DNA of 17,217 nt from Methanocellales archaeon (GCA_038850285.1 JAWCMA010000006.1:36917-54133), one strand, 5' to 3'; shown: positions 7,782 to 16,282, numbered from the stretch's first letter. The notes: generated by a model not told the origin, from the sequence alone. Translations and numbers: made by a program.

Positions 7782-7817
7782 TTAGTGACTTCTTCAATGG
7801 AGGAGGAAAATAGATTT

Positions 7818-10202
7818 ATGGCACCAAAGATTGAGGCAAAAAAGGAAATGAAATACGAAGTTGAGGGAATGCAAAACGTGGAGATAAAAATAGGCAAAAT
7901 CGAGGAGGAGGAAAAACCCTGGGAGCCAATGGGACCAACGCCAAAGCCAAGCGTTCTTGATCTGCGGAGTTGGGATCACCTTTTGCTTAAGAGATACAAG
8001 CCATTTTATGCACCCCACCAAGATTTCTGCAATCTATGCACAATGGGACCATGCGATTTAACTGGAAATAAAGAAGGCGCATGCGGATTAGATTTACAAA
8101 CCCAGAAATCTAGGATAGTGCTTGCCGCAGTTGGCATAGGCACCGCTTGTCATACTGGTCACGCTAGGCATATGGTGAACTACCTCTGCGAAACCTTTGG
8201 CGAAGATACGCCTATAAGCTTAGGTGTAAACGTAAATGTTGAAGCCCCACTTACGAGGCTAATTACAGGTATAAAGCCGAGAACCATTGGTGATCTTAAA
8301 GAGGTACTGGAATACATTGAAGAGGAATATGCAATAGTAATGGCAGCTCTTCATACAGGCCAAGAGGGTAGCTACTTAGACTTTGAATCCAAGTCACTGC
8401 ACCTTGGAATGCTTGATTTACTTGCACTTGAAGTTGCAGATATAGCTCAAATTTCAGCATTGAACTTCCCCAAGGCAGATCCCAATGCGCCTTTAATAAC
8501 CTATGGATATGGTAATATAGATACCTCGAAACCGGTGATCTTAGTAATCGGCCACAACGTGATACCAAGCACAGGTATAATAGATTATCTAGAGGCAAAT
8601 AATTTAATGGATAAAGTGGAACTCGCAGGAATATGCTGCACTGCTCACGATAACGCTAGATATAACAAAAAAGTTAAATACGCTGGATCACTCGCGCAGC
8701 AGCTTAGATTAATTAGAAGTGCGATTCCTGATGTCATCGTAACAGATGAGCAATGCGTGCGCACAGATGTATTTAAAGAGGCAAGCAAATTGGGAATAAA
8801 AGTTATAGCTGCCTCAGAAAAAATCTGCTATGGATTACCTAATAGAACTAAGGATAAACCCGAGGATATAATAAGAGATCTAATGGCAGGAGCACCTGGG
8901 TATCTAATCACCGATCCCAAAGTAGTAGGCCCAGTTGCAGTGAATGTAGCGATTGAGAATGCAAAGGTCAGGAAAACAAAGAATCAATTGATGAGCGATG
9001 AAGAATTCAAGAAATGGGTAACAGAGTGCACAAACTGCGGTAGCTGTACATTGGTATGCACCCATGGTTTGAGAATTGGCCCAGCGAATAAAGCAGCTGA
9101 GAAAGGAGATAACTCCAAGTTAATTGAACTATTAACTACTTGCATCTCTTGCGGTAAATGTGAATGGGAATGCCCCAAGAACATTCCCATCGTAGATGTC
9201 ATGATAAAAGCAGGCATAAACGAGCTCAGGAATGAAAAGGGATTTGTGAGAGCAGGTAGAGGTGCTATTGAAGATTCAGAGATACGCAAAGTTGGCTCGC
9301 CAATTGTATTAGGCACAATTCCAGGTATAATTGCATTCGTAGGCTGCCCAAATTACCCAGATAGCGCAGAGGCAGTATATAAGATGGCTGAGGAATTCTT
9401 GAATAGAAAATATATCGTGGTAGTCTCAGGATGCCATGCCATAGATATTGGAAGATATAAGAATGAGGAGGGCAAAACGCTTTATGAGAGATTCCCAGGC
9501 ACCTTTGATGCAGGTGGACTAGCAAATGTAGGCAGCTGCGTTTCAAACTCTCACATCGCAGGAGCTGCAATTAAAGTACCTAATATTTTTGCGATGCGGC
9601 CAATAAGGGCTAATTACGAGGAAATCGCGGATTACATTTTAAATAGAATAGGTGCGGTAGGCGTTTCTTGGGGAGCAATGTCTCAAAAGGCAGCTTCAAT
9701 TGCAACTGGCTTCAATCGGCTTGGGGTGCCAGTAGTAGTTGGCCCGCAGGGAGCTAAGTATAGAAGAAGCTACTTGGGAAGAAAGGATATAGCCGAGGAT
9801 TGGTGGGTCTATGACATCAAGGATAGCTCGAAAGTCCCAATCGAACCCGGTCCCGAGCACTTGCTATACATTGCTGAAACTTGGCAAGAAGCAATTGTGA
9901 AGATCGCTAGATTATGCATGAGACCTAATGACACCGATCGAGGAAGATCAATAAAACTATCGAATTACCTAGACTTGAGTGAGAAATACTATGGCAAGCT
10001 ACCGGATGACTTCCATCTCTTCGTGCGCTGTCCAACAGATCTACCAGTTGCTAGGAGAAAAGAATTACTTAGAGTGCTTGAGGAGAAATATGGCTGGAAG
10101 ATCGACCACGAGAAGATGAAGATCCTCGAAGGACCAATTAGAAAATTCGACGCCAGATTCAATCCAACTAACCTTGAGCGCTTGCTCAAGAAGAAAGCAT
10201 AG
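7818..10202 (+). CDS. cdhA: ACDS complex alpha subunit (Ni-CO dehydrogenase)
   Basis: MGPTPKP, B-cluster Cys (C-x2-C-x4-C-x9-C), C-cluster ligands GHN, GICCT, DEQC, GCPN, SGC, GSCVSN, SQKA lysine, and two ferredoxin-type motifs (CTNCGSCTLVC, CISCGKCEWECP). Start set at ATG 7818 after SD GGAGGAGG. Confidence 0.97.
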   Translation: MAPKIEAKKEMKYEVEGMQNVEIKIGKIEEEEKPWEPMGPTPKPSVLDLRSWDHLLLKRYKPFYAPHQDFCNLCTMGPCDLTGNKEGACGLDLQTQKSRIVLAAVGIGTACHTGHARHMVNYLCETFGEDTPISLGVNVNVEAPLTRLITGIKPRTIGDLKEVLEYIEEEYAIVMAALHTGQEGSYLDFESKSLHLGMLDLLALEVADIAQISALNFPKADPNAPLITYGYGNIDTSKPVILVIGHNVIPSTGIIDYLEANNLMDKVELAGICCTAHDNARYNKKVKYAGSLAQQLRLIRSAIPDVIVTDEQCVRTDVFKEASKLGIKVIAASEKICYGLPNRTKDKPEDIIRDLMAGAPGYLITDPKVVGPVAVNVAIENAKVRKTKNQLMSDEEFKKWVTECTNCGSCTLVCTHGLRIGPANKAAEKGDNSKLIELLTTCISCGKCEWECPKNIPIVDVMIKAGINELRNEKGFVRAGRGAIEDSEIRKVGSPIVLGTIPGIIAFVGCPNYPDSAEAVYKMAEEFLNRKYIVVVSGCHAIDIGRYKNEEGKTLYERFPGTFDAGGLANVGSCVSNSHIAGAAIKVPNIFAMRPIRANYEEIADYILNRIGAVGVSWGAMSQKAASIATGFNRLGVPVVVGPQGAKYRRSYLGRKDIAEDWWVYDIKDSSKVPIEPGPEHLLYIAETWQEAIVKIARLCMRPNDTDRGRSIKLSNYLDLSEKYYGKLPDDFHLFVRCPTDLPVARRKELLRVLEEKYGWKIDHEKMKILEGPIRKFDARFNPTNLERLLKKKA

Positions 10203-10214
10203 GAGGAGAGGTAA

Positions 10215-10727
10215 ATGGCGAAAGCTTGGAATTTAGCGGATGTAGCGGGACCGAAGCAAGCTAGAGTAACTAAGCCTGAGATTATAGCAGCCCTTGTGAA
10301 GAAAGCCAAGAAACCACTACTAGTAGTGGGCGCAGAAATACTGCGAGATGGAGTAATAGATAGAGTGATTGAGATAGGTAAAAAGGGCATACCAATAGCA
10401 GCCACAGCCCATACCATAAAAGCATTTTTAGAAAAAGGCTATACCCCAGCTTCAAGCGACTTAGGAGTGCACGAGGTAACCAACTTATTAAAAGATCCTG
10501 AGTGGAAGGGCTTCGATGGAAAAGGCAACTACGACATGGTAATATTCCTAGGAATAAACTACTACTTAGCATCGAGAATGCTATCCACACTCAAACACTT
10601 CGCCCCCCATTTAAGAGCTTACTCCCTTGATCGCTACTACCACGTAAATGCAGAGATGAGCCTAGATAACATCTTCGAAGACCAAAAATTCCTAGAAGCC
10701 CTCGATTTATTCATAAGCAAACTATGA
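10215..10727 (+). CDS. cdhB: ACDS complex epsilon subunit
   Basis: AGPKQA, KKAKKPLLVVG, LKDPEWKGFDGKGNYD, LSTLKHFAP, LDRYYHVNA. SD GGAGAGAGGT upstream. Position after cdhA. Confidence 0.95.
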   Translation: MAKAWNLADVAGPKQARVTKPEIIAALVKKAKKPLLVVGAEILRDGVIDRVIEIGKKGIPIAATAHTIKAFLEKGYTPASSDLGVHEVTNLLKDPEWKGFDGKGNYDMVIFLGINYYLASRMLSTLKHFAPHLRAYSLDRYYHVNAEMSLDNIFEDQKFLEALDLFISKL

Positions 10728-10781
10728 AGGCAAACTATAAAACAAAAAATAAATAATAGGAATAGAAGAAAGGCGGAGAAG

Positions 10782-12197
10782 ATGGCTGAGGAAAAAGAAG
10801 TATTCCCATTTGACATAAGCCCGATGTATGAAGGGGAGCGGATTCGAAAAGGCGAGATGTTCGTTGACTTAGCAGGACCGGAGTACAAGGGATTTGAACT
10901 AGTAGTATCGGCACCTATGGAGGAAGTTGAGGATGGCAAAGTAACCATCATTGGTCCAGATATTAAGGACATGAAAGAAGGCAGTGGTTACTCCTTTGCA
11001 ATGATCTATAAAGTGGCTGGAGAAATGGTAGAAAAGGACTTAGAAGGCATTATTGAAAGAAGAAACCATGACTTCCAGAACTATATACAGGGATTTATGC
11101 ATTTGAATTCAAGAGATGTAATTTGGTGCAGAATTAGTAAGGATGCCGTGAAAAAAGGCTTGAAATCCCTGGAGCAAATTGCCAAGGCAACAATGATGCT
11201 CTTTAAAAGTGAGATGCCCTTCATTCAAAAAATGGAGGCAACATATATAACTGATAAAGCTGAGATTGAGAAGCGAAGGCCAATGGCACAAGCAGCTTGG
11301 GACTGGAGAGATGCTAGAGCTAGAGGTTTAAATGAAGAGGATGTGGATACCTTCTATGGCTGCACCCTCTGTCAAAGCTTCGCACCAACTAATGTCTGCG
11401 TAGTCACCCCAAATCGCTATTCCCTCTGTGGAGCAATAGGTTGGTTCGATGGAAGAGCAGCTGCAAAGGTAGATCCAGAGGGCCCAAATGCACCAATTCC
11501 AAAGGGAGAGGTAATAGATCCAATCCTTGGGCAATATAGTGGAGTAAATGAAGCTGCAGTTAGATTAAGCGGTGGAGAATATAATAAGATAAATCTCCAT
11601 AGCTTCTTCGAGAGTCCGCATACTTCATGCGGCTGCTTCGAAGTCTGCGGTTTCTACATACCAGAGGTTGATGGAATAGGTTGGGTGGATAGGGATTATA
11701 CAGGTATAGCGGTGAATGGCTTGCCCTTCTCCACAATGGCAGGGCAAACAGGGGGAGGCAAGCAAATCATAGGCTTTCTAGGCGTAGGCATAGAATACAT
11801 GCGCTCCAAGAGATTCATCCAAGCAGATGGAGGTTGGTATAGAACTGTTTGGGTGACCAAGAGATTGAAGGAGAAAACCCAGGATTTCTGGCCACCTGAG
11901 ATGAAGGGGAAAATAGCTACCGATGAAGATGTAAAGAACTTAGAGGAACTTAAGGCATTTCTCAAGAAGGTAAACCACCCAGTGGTAACAGGGGTAATAA
12001 GACCAGTGGATGGCAAGAGAATAACCGAGGGCTGGCCATTTGAAGTAACCCCCGAGATAAAGCAAAAAGTAATTGCCTATATAGAGGAAACCGGGGGAGA
12101 AATAGATCTCGCGGTGGTGGAGAAAAAACTAGGCTTAACTGAAGCGCAATTCATGAAAGTAGTAGAAGTACTTCAAGCTGAGGGAATACTAGGGTGA
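10782..12197 (+). CDS. cdhC: ACDS complex beta subunit (acetyl-CoA synthase)
   Basis: FDISPMYEGERIRK, A-cluster ligands GCTLCQSFAPTNVC, SLCGAI and HTSCGCFE, plus GQTGGGKQ and QADGGW. Confidence 0.97.
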   Translation: MAEEKEVFPFDISPMYEGERIRKGEMFVDLAGPEYKGFELVVSAPMEEVEDGKVTIIGPDIKDMKEGSGYSFAMIYKVAGEMVEKDLEGIIERRNHDFQNYIQGFMHLNSRDVIWCRISKDAVKKGLKSLEQIAKATMMLFKSEMPFIQKMEATYITDKAEIEKRRPMAQAAWDWRDARARGLNEEDVDTFYGCTLCQSFAPTNVCVVTPNRYSLCGAIGWFDGRAAAKVDPEGPNAPIPKGEVIDPILGQYSGVNEAAVRLSGGEYNKINLHSFFESPHTSCGCFEVCGFYIPEVDGIGWVDRDYTGIAVNGLPFSTMAGQTGGGKQIIGFLGVGIEYMRSKRFIQADGGWYRTVWVTKRLKEKTQDFWPPEMKGKIATDEDVKNLEELKAFLKKVNHPVVTGVIRPVDGKRITEGWPFEVTPEIKQKVIAYIEETGGEIDLAVVEKKLGLTEAQFMKVVEVLQAEGILG

Positions 12198-12218
12198 AAA
12201 ATAAGATGAGGTGGAAAA

Positions 12219-12443
12219 ATGGCGGAGGAGAAAAAAGTATTAAAACTAACACTTAAGAAACCAGAAGCAGCACCAGCAGCACCAACCCCAGCGCCAGCAC
12301 CAACACCAGCAGTTAGACCAACTGTGGCAGCACCTGCACCAGCTGTAGCAGCGCCAGCGGCTGGAGGAGTGATAAAGTTAATTCTACAGAATGCTAAGAT
12401 ACACATCGACCAAGTAATAATCAAGAGGGAAGAGAAGAAGTGA
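12219..12443 (+). CDS. orf74: Ala/Pro-rich micro-protein resembling the detached C-terminal tail of CdhC
   Basis: Own SD GAGGTG (12208-12213) and ATG. Stop overlaps the cooC start (GTGA). Ends GGVIKLILQNAKIHIDQVIIKREEKK, like the terminal motif of typical archaeal CdhC. Confidence 0.85.
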   Translation: MAEEKKVLKLTLKKPEAAPAAPTPAPAPTPAVRPTVAAPAPAVAAPAAGGVIKLILQNAKIHIDQVIIKREEKK

Positions 12444-13195
12444 CTAGGATAATTGCCGTCACAGGTAAAGGTGGAACTGGGAAAACCGCGGTTTCCGCGC
12501 TATTGCTGAGATACTTGATTAAAAAAAATAATGCAAGAATCTTAGCAGTAGACGCGGACGCGGATTCCAATTTACCTGAAGCCCTTGGCGCTAATAATGG
12601 TAAAACAATCGGGGATGTGAAGGAAGTATTTTTAAGAGGGAGGCTAGATCTCCCGCCTGGAGTTGATAAAAGAGTTAGATTTGAGGGAATGGTCCACGAA
12701 GTCCTGAGGGAGAATGAGAAGTATGACTTAATAGTCATGGGCAGACCAGAGGGACCAAATTGCTATTGCTATACAAATGATATGCTGAGAGCAATATTAG
12801 ATAAAATCGTGAATAACTATAATTACGTGGTTATAGATACAGCTGCTGGACTTGAACATTTCAGCCGAAGGTTGATTCAACACATCGATATTCTCATAGT
12901 GGTAACCGATACCTCCAAGCACGGCTTGACCACAGCTCAGCGAATTAAAAAAATAGCCGAGGAAGTTAACATCAGGATTAATAAAATGTTTATCTTGGCT
13001 AATAAAGTGGATGAAGGCCAAGCAATAACTATAGCGCAATATGCAAAGCATTTGAGTCTGGAGGTAATAGGTGCTATTCCCTTTGATGAAGTGCTATTGA
13101 AATACGACCACCAAGGATTGCCTCTCTTGAATCTCCCCGATGATTCCATTGCGGCTAAAAAGGTTGAGGCAATAGCTAGAAAGATTGGGCTGTGA
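12440..13195 (+). CDS. cooC: CooC/AcsF-type nickel-insertion ATPase (MinD/ParA family)
   Basis: Deviant Walker A GKGGTGKT, VDADADSNL, MGRPEGPNCYC (CxC nickel site), DTAAGLEHFSR, ANKV. Located within the cdh operon. Confidence 0.93.
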   Translation: MTRIIAVTGKGGTGKTAVSALLLRYLIKKNNARILAVDADADSNLPEALGANNGKTIGDVKEVFLRGRLDLPPGVDKRVRFEGMVHEVLRENEKYDLIVMGRPEGPNCYCYTNDMLRAILDKIVNNYNYVVIDTAAGLEHFSRRLIQHIDILIVVTDTSKHGLTTAQRIKKIAEEVNIRINKMFILANKVDEGQAITIAQYAKHLSLEVIGAIPFDEVLLKYDHQGLPLLNLPDDSIAAKKVEAIARKIGL

Positions 13196-13199
13196 TCCT

Positions 13200-13415
13200 A
13201 TGACTAAAGTAACCGCTGAGGAAATTTTGAAAATCATTAGCGAACTGGAAATAGAGGAATTAAAAGGCATTGAAATGGAGGGAGACATAGAATTAGAACT
13301 CGAGTCCGAAGTTCTCATTCGGCAGATGGCTCCTCAAGTTCCTGAGACATTTGGAATGGAACTTTCAAGTGCTATGCAGCATTTATCAAATGCATTGAAA
13401 ATGATAGGCAAGTGA
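13200..13415 (+). CDS. orf71: micro-protein paralogous to the CdhD N-terminal region
   Basis: ATG 13200 lies 4 nt after the cooC stop. 24 of the first 36 residues are identical to the CdhD N-terminus (manual alignment). Confidence 0.85.
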   Translation: MTKVTAEEILKIISELEIEELKGIEMEGDIELELESEVLIRQMAPQVPETFGMELSSAMQHLSNALKMIGK

Positions 13416-13446
13416 GCTTGCCTTGAGCTTACCTTGAGGCTTGCAT
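13413..13446. repeat. Three imperfect 11-12 nt direct repeats
   Basis: TGAGCTTGCCT (13413), TGAGCTTACCT (13424), TGAGGCTTGCAT (13435). The first copy begins with the orf71 stop codon. Confidence 0.75.
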
Positions 13447-13479
13447 TAAATTTCAATAAAAAAGTTGTGAGGGAATTAA

Positions 13480-14829
13480 ATGGCAAAGATAAATGTAGCT
13501 GAGCTAATGAAAATCATGAGCGAGCTAGAGGTTGAAGAACTCAAAGGAGTGGATATAGAAGGAGATATTGAACTTGAACTTGAGAGCTCGGTGGTAACAC
13601 TTATGGCAGGGCTCTCGCCAGAGGCATTGCAAGCTCTTGGAAGCGAGCTAACGGAAGCTATGGCTCGGCTGCAAGCAGCTGCAAAAGCACTTGGCATACC
13701 AATTCCTCCACTCGCACCTCCAATTGCTCCACCAGTAGCTCCACCAGTAGCTGCACCCCCAGTAGCCCCCCCAATCGCACCCCCGAAACCGATTGAGCTG
13801 ATTAAAACCAAGTTCAGTGTTAAGCCTGAGAAGTATCCAATGCAAATTCAAGAAGTGGTATTAGGAGCAACTTCAAGCGATGGAGGCACCAGAAGTCATA
13901 CCATAAAACTTGGCGGGCAAAAGGCAATGCCCTATTGTATCTTCGACGATGCAATTCCCAATAGACCTCATGTAACGCTTGATGTATTTGATATGCCAAT
14001 GAGCCTTGCCAAGGCAGTTAGAGTTCACTACGAAGATGTAATGCAGAATCCTGCTGAATGGGCGAAGAAAGCTGTGGAGAAATTCAATGCAGACATGGTA
14101 ACTATACACCTCGTAAGCACTGATCCACTCATTAAAGACACCCCTGCTAAGGAAGCCTGCAAAGTAGTGGAAGAAGTACTGCAAGCAGTGAAAGTGCCAA
14201 TTGTAATAGGAGGCTCGGGCAATCCCAAGAAAGACCCAGAGGTACTTGAAAAAGCAGCTGAAGTTGCTGAGGGCGAGCGCTGCTTGCTTGCAAGTGCCAA
14301 TCTAAATATGGATTTCCCGAGAATCGCGGCTGCAGCTAAAAAATATGGGCACGTGATACTAGCTTGGACGCAGATGGATATAAATGCTCAAAAGGAGCTC
14401 AATCGAAAGCTTTTGAAAACATGCGGCATACCCCGCGAGGATATAATAATGGATCCCACGACCGCTGCGCTGGGATATGGACTGGATTATGCCTATACAA
14501 ACATGGAAAGAATGAGAATAGCTGGGTTAAAAGGCGATGCCGAGCTAGCATTTCCAATGTCATCAGGCACAACTAATGCTTGGGGCGCAAGAGAAGCTTG
14601 GATGACTTCCTCGCCTCTTGCCCAAGACTCAGACTGGGGACCGAGGGAATATAGAGGCCCAATTTGGGAGATAACCACGGGCATGACCCTTGCCCTAGCA
14701 GGTGTAGATCTATTTATGATGATGCATCCCGCAGCAGTGGCAGCGCTTAAAGAACTCACTCAATCTCTACTTGGGAAAATTGATGCAACTCAAGTTGATA
14801 TCAGCGACTGGGTGAGCAAGGAGGTTTAA
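13480..14829 (+). CDS. cdhD: ACDS complex delta subunit (small subunit of the corrinoid Fe-S protein)
   Basis: [83 protein letters not shown]. Acidic N-terminus and Pro-rich linker. Confidence 0.97.
   Translation: MAKINVAELMKIMSELEVEELKGVDIEGDIELELESSVVTLMAGLSPEALQALGSELTEAMARLQAAAKALGIPIPPLAPPIAPPVAPPVAAPPVAPPIAPPKPIELIKTKFSVKPEKYPMQIQEVVLGATSSDGGTRSHTIKLGGQKAMPYCIFDDAIPNRPHVTLDVFDMPMSLAKAVRVHYEDVMQNPAEWAKKAVEKFNADMVTIHLVSTDPLIKDTPAKEACKVVEEVLQAVKVPIVIGGSGNPKKDPEVLEKAAEVAEGERCLLASANLNMDFPRIAAAAKKYGHVILAWTQMDINAQKELNRKLLKTCGIPREDIIMDPTTAALGYGLDYAYTNMERMRIAGLKGDAELAFPMSSGTTNAWGAREAWMTSSPLAQDSDWGPREYRGPIWEITTGMTLALAGVDLFMMMHPAAVAALKELTQSLLGKIDATQVDISDWVSKEV
13699..13786 (+). repeat. Coding repeat for the Pro-rich linker (APP[IV])n in CdhD
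   Basis: Encodes [29 protein letters not shown] and includes an exact tandem GCTCCACCAGTA x2. Confidence 0.8.
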
Positions 14830-14831
14830 AG

Positions 14832-16244
14832 ATGAAGGTAAAAAGTCCGCTTGAGGTCTATCGCTATTTACCAGCCACAAACTGCACTAAATGCGGCCAG
14901 CCCACTTGCATGGCTTTCGCGTCTCAGATGATAGCTAGAGAGAGACCCCTTGAAGATTGCACTCCAATTCTCGAGGCAAAGTATAAAGCCAAATATGAAG
15001 AACTAAAGCGATTGCTAGCGCCGGAGATCAAGCAAATAACAATTGGCGTTGGAGAAACAGCGAAGAAGATCGGAGGGGAAGACGTACTCTATCGCCACGT
15101 CTTAACCTTCTTCAATCCACCGCCGCTTGCATACGATGTCTGGGATACAATGGATGAAAAAGCACTGGAGGAAAGAGTTAAGAAAATAATTTCCTTCCAG
15201 AAATTCTACGTGGGTGAATTCCTGAAGCCAGATATGATCGCTGTGAGATCCACTTCGAATAATCCAGAGAAATTCGCAGCTTGCGTTAAAAAAGTCATGG
15301 GCATGACAAACTTGCCTCTTATATTGATGTCCCTAAACCCAGCTGTGCTTGAAGCTGGACTTAAGCTAGCTGGTGACAAGCGTCCATTGGTCTACGCGGC
15401 TAATAAAGACAACTGGAGGAAAGTCGCGGAACTAGCCAAAAAATACCGCGTACCCGTAACAGTTTCAGCTCCCGGTGATTTAGATATGCTTGCTTCCCTC
15501 GCGAAAACCCTCTTAGGCTTGAATATCGAGGACATAGTGCTCGATCCAGGTACCTATTGCCATGGAAAGCAGTTGAAACAAACCTTTGAGAACTTCATAA
15601 AACTTAGAAGGGTAGGAATAGTTGAGGGACAGCGGGATATAGCATTTCCAATAATGTGCATCCCAATGACAGCTTGGCTTACTGAGAAAAACCCTCTTGA
15701 AGGAGCATATAGAGAAACAGAGATTGCAAATATATTCACCGTGAAATATGCAGATTTACATGTGCTGCATAGCCTAGAGCCATATTCAATAATTCCCATA
15801 TTATATCTCAGGAGAAATATCTACACAGATCCCAGAACACCTGTGCAGGTAACACCTGGTTTGAAAGAAACAGGTACGCCAACTAGAAAATCGCCTGTTT
15901 TCGTGACCACCAACTTTGCTTTAACCTTCTACACTGTTGAGAGCGATATTTCCTCGAATAAGATAGATAGCTATATAGTGGTCGTAGATACAGGCGGCTT
16001 AGGCGTGGAACCTTCAGTTGCAGGGGGGCAGTTGACAGCGAGTAAAATAAAAGAAGCAGTGGAATTCGCCAAAGTCAAGGAAAAAATAGATCACAACACC
16101 CTGGTGATCCCAGGTTTAGCCGCTCGATTAAAGGGCGATTTAGAGGATGCCACTGGAATGACAATATTAGTAGGCCCAACTGACTCAGGTAGAATACCAA
16201 GTTGGATGGAAACCCACTGGAAGAAAATAATGGGAGGAACCTAG
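14832..16244 (+). CDS. cdhE: ACDS complex gamma subunit (large subunit of the corrinoid Fe-S protein)
   Basis: LPATNCTKCGQPTCMAFA...C [4Fe-4S] motif, IGGEDVLYRH, IVLDPGT, NIYTDPR, TTNFALTFYTVESD, IPGLAARL, VGPTDS. Confidence 0.97.
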   Translation: MKVKSPLEVYRYLPATNCTKCGQPTCMAFASQMIARERPLEDCTPILEAKYKAKYEELKRLLAPEIKQITIGVGETAKKIGGEDVLYRHVLTFFNPPPLAYDVWDTMDEKALEERVKKIISFQKFYVGEFLKPDMIAVRSTSNNPEKFAACVKKVMGMTNLPLILMSLNPAVLEAGLKLAGDKRPLVYAANKDNWRKVAELAKKYRVPVTVSAPGDLDMLASLAKTLLGLNIEDIVLDPGTYCHGKQLKQTFENFIKLRRVGIVEGQRDIAFPIMCIPMTAWLTEKNPLEGAYRETEIANIFTVKYADLHVLHSLEPYSIIPILYLRRNIYTDPRTPVQVTPGLKETGTPTRKSPVFVTTNFALTFYTVESDISSNKIDSYIVVVDTGGLGVEPSVAGGQLTASKIKEAVEFAKVKEKIDHNTLVIPGLAARLKGDLEDATGMTILVGPTDSGRIPSWMETHWKKIMGGT

Positions 16245-16254
16245 ATTTTAGATT

Positions 16255-16282
16255 AACTCCCTTTAATTTTCTTCCCTTTTTT
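16255..16282 (+). terminator. Probable pyrimidine/oligo-T terminator of the cdh operon
   Basis: CTCCCTTTAATTTTCTTCCCTTTTTT directly after the cdhE stop, consistent with archaeal U-rich terminators. Confidence 0.55.

Noticed and set aside
12195-12218. Selenocysteine or stop read-through fusing cdhC to orf74
   Set aside because: It would need two UGA read-throughs at non-catalytic positions, no SECIS-like hairpin was noticed, and orf74 has its own SD. Not formally excluded.
13200-13479. orf71 as a frameshifted 5' part of cdhD, a pseudogene or an assembly duplication
   Set aside because: cdhD has its own complete N-terminus, and the two copies differ at many synonymous sites while conserving the protein sequence.
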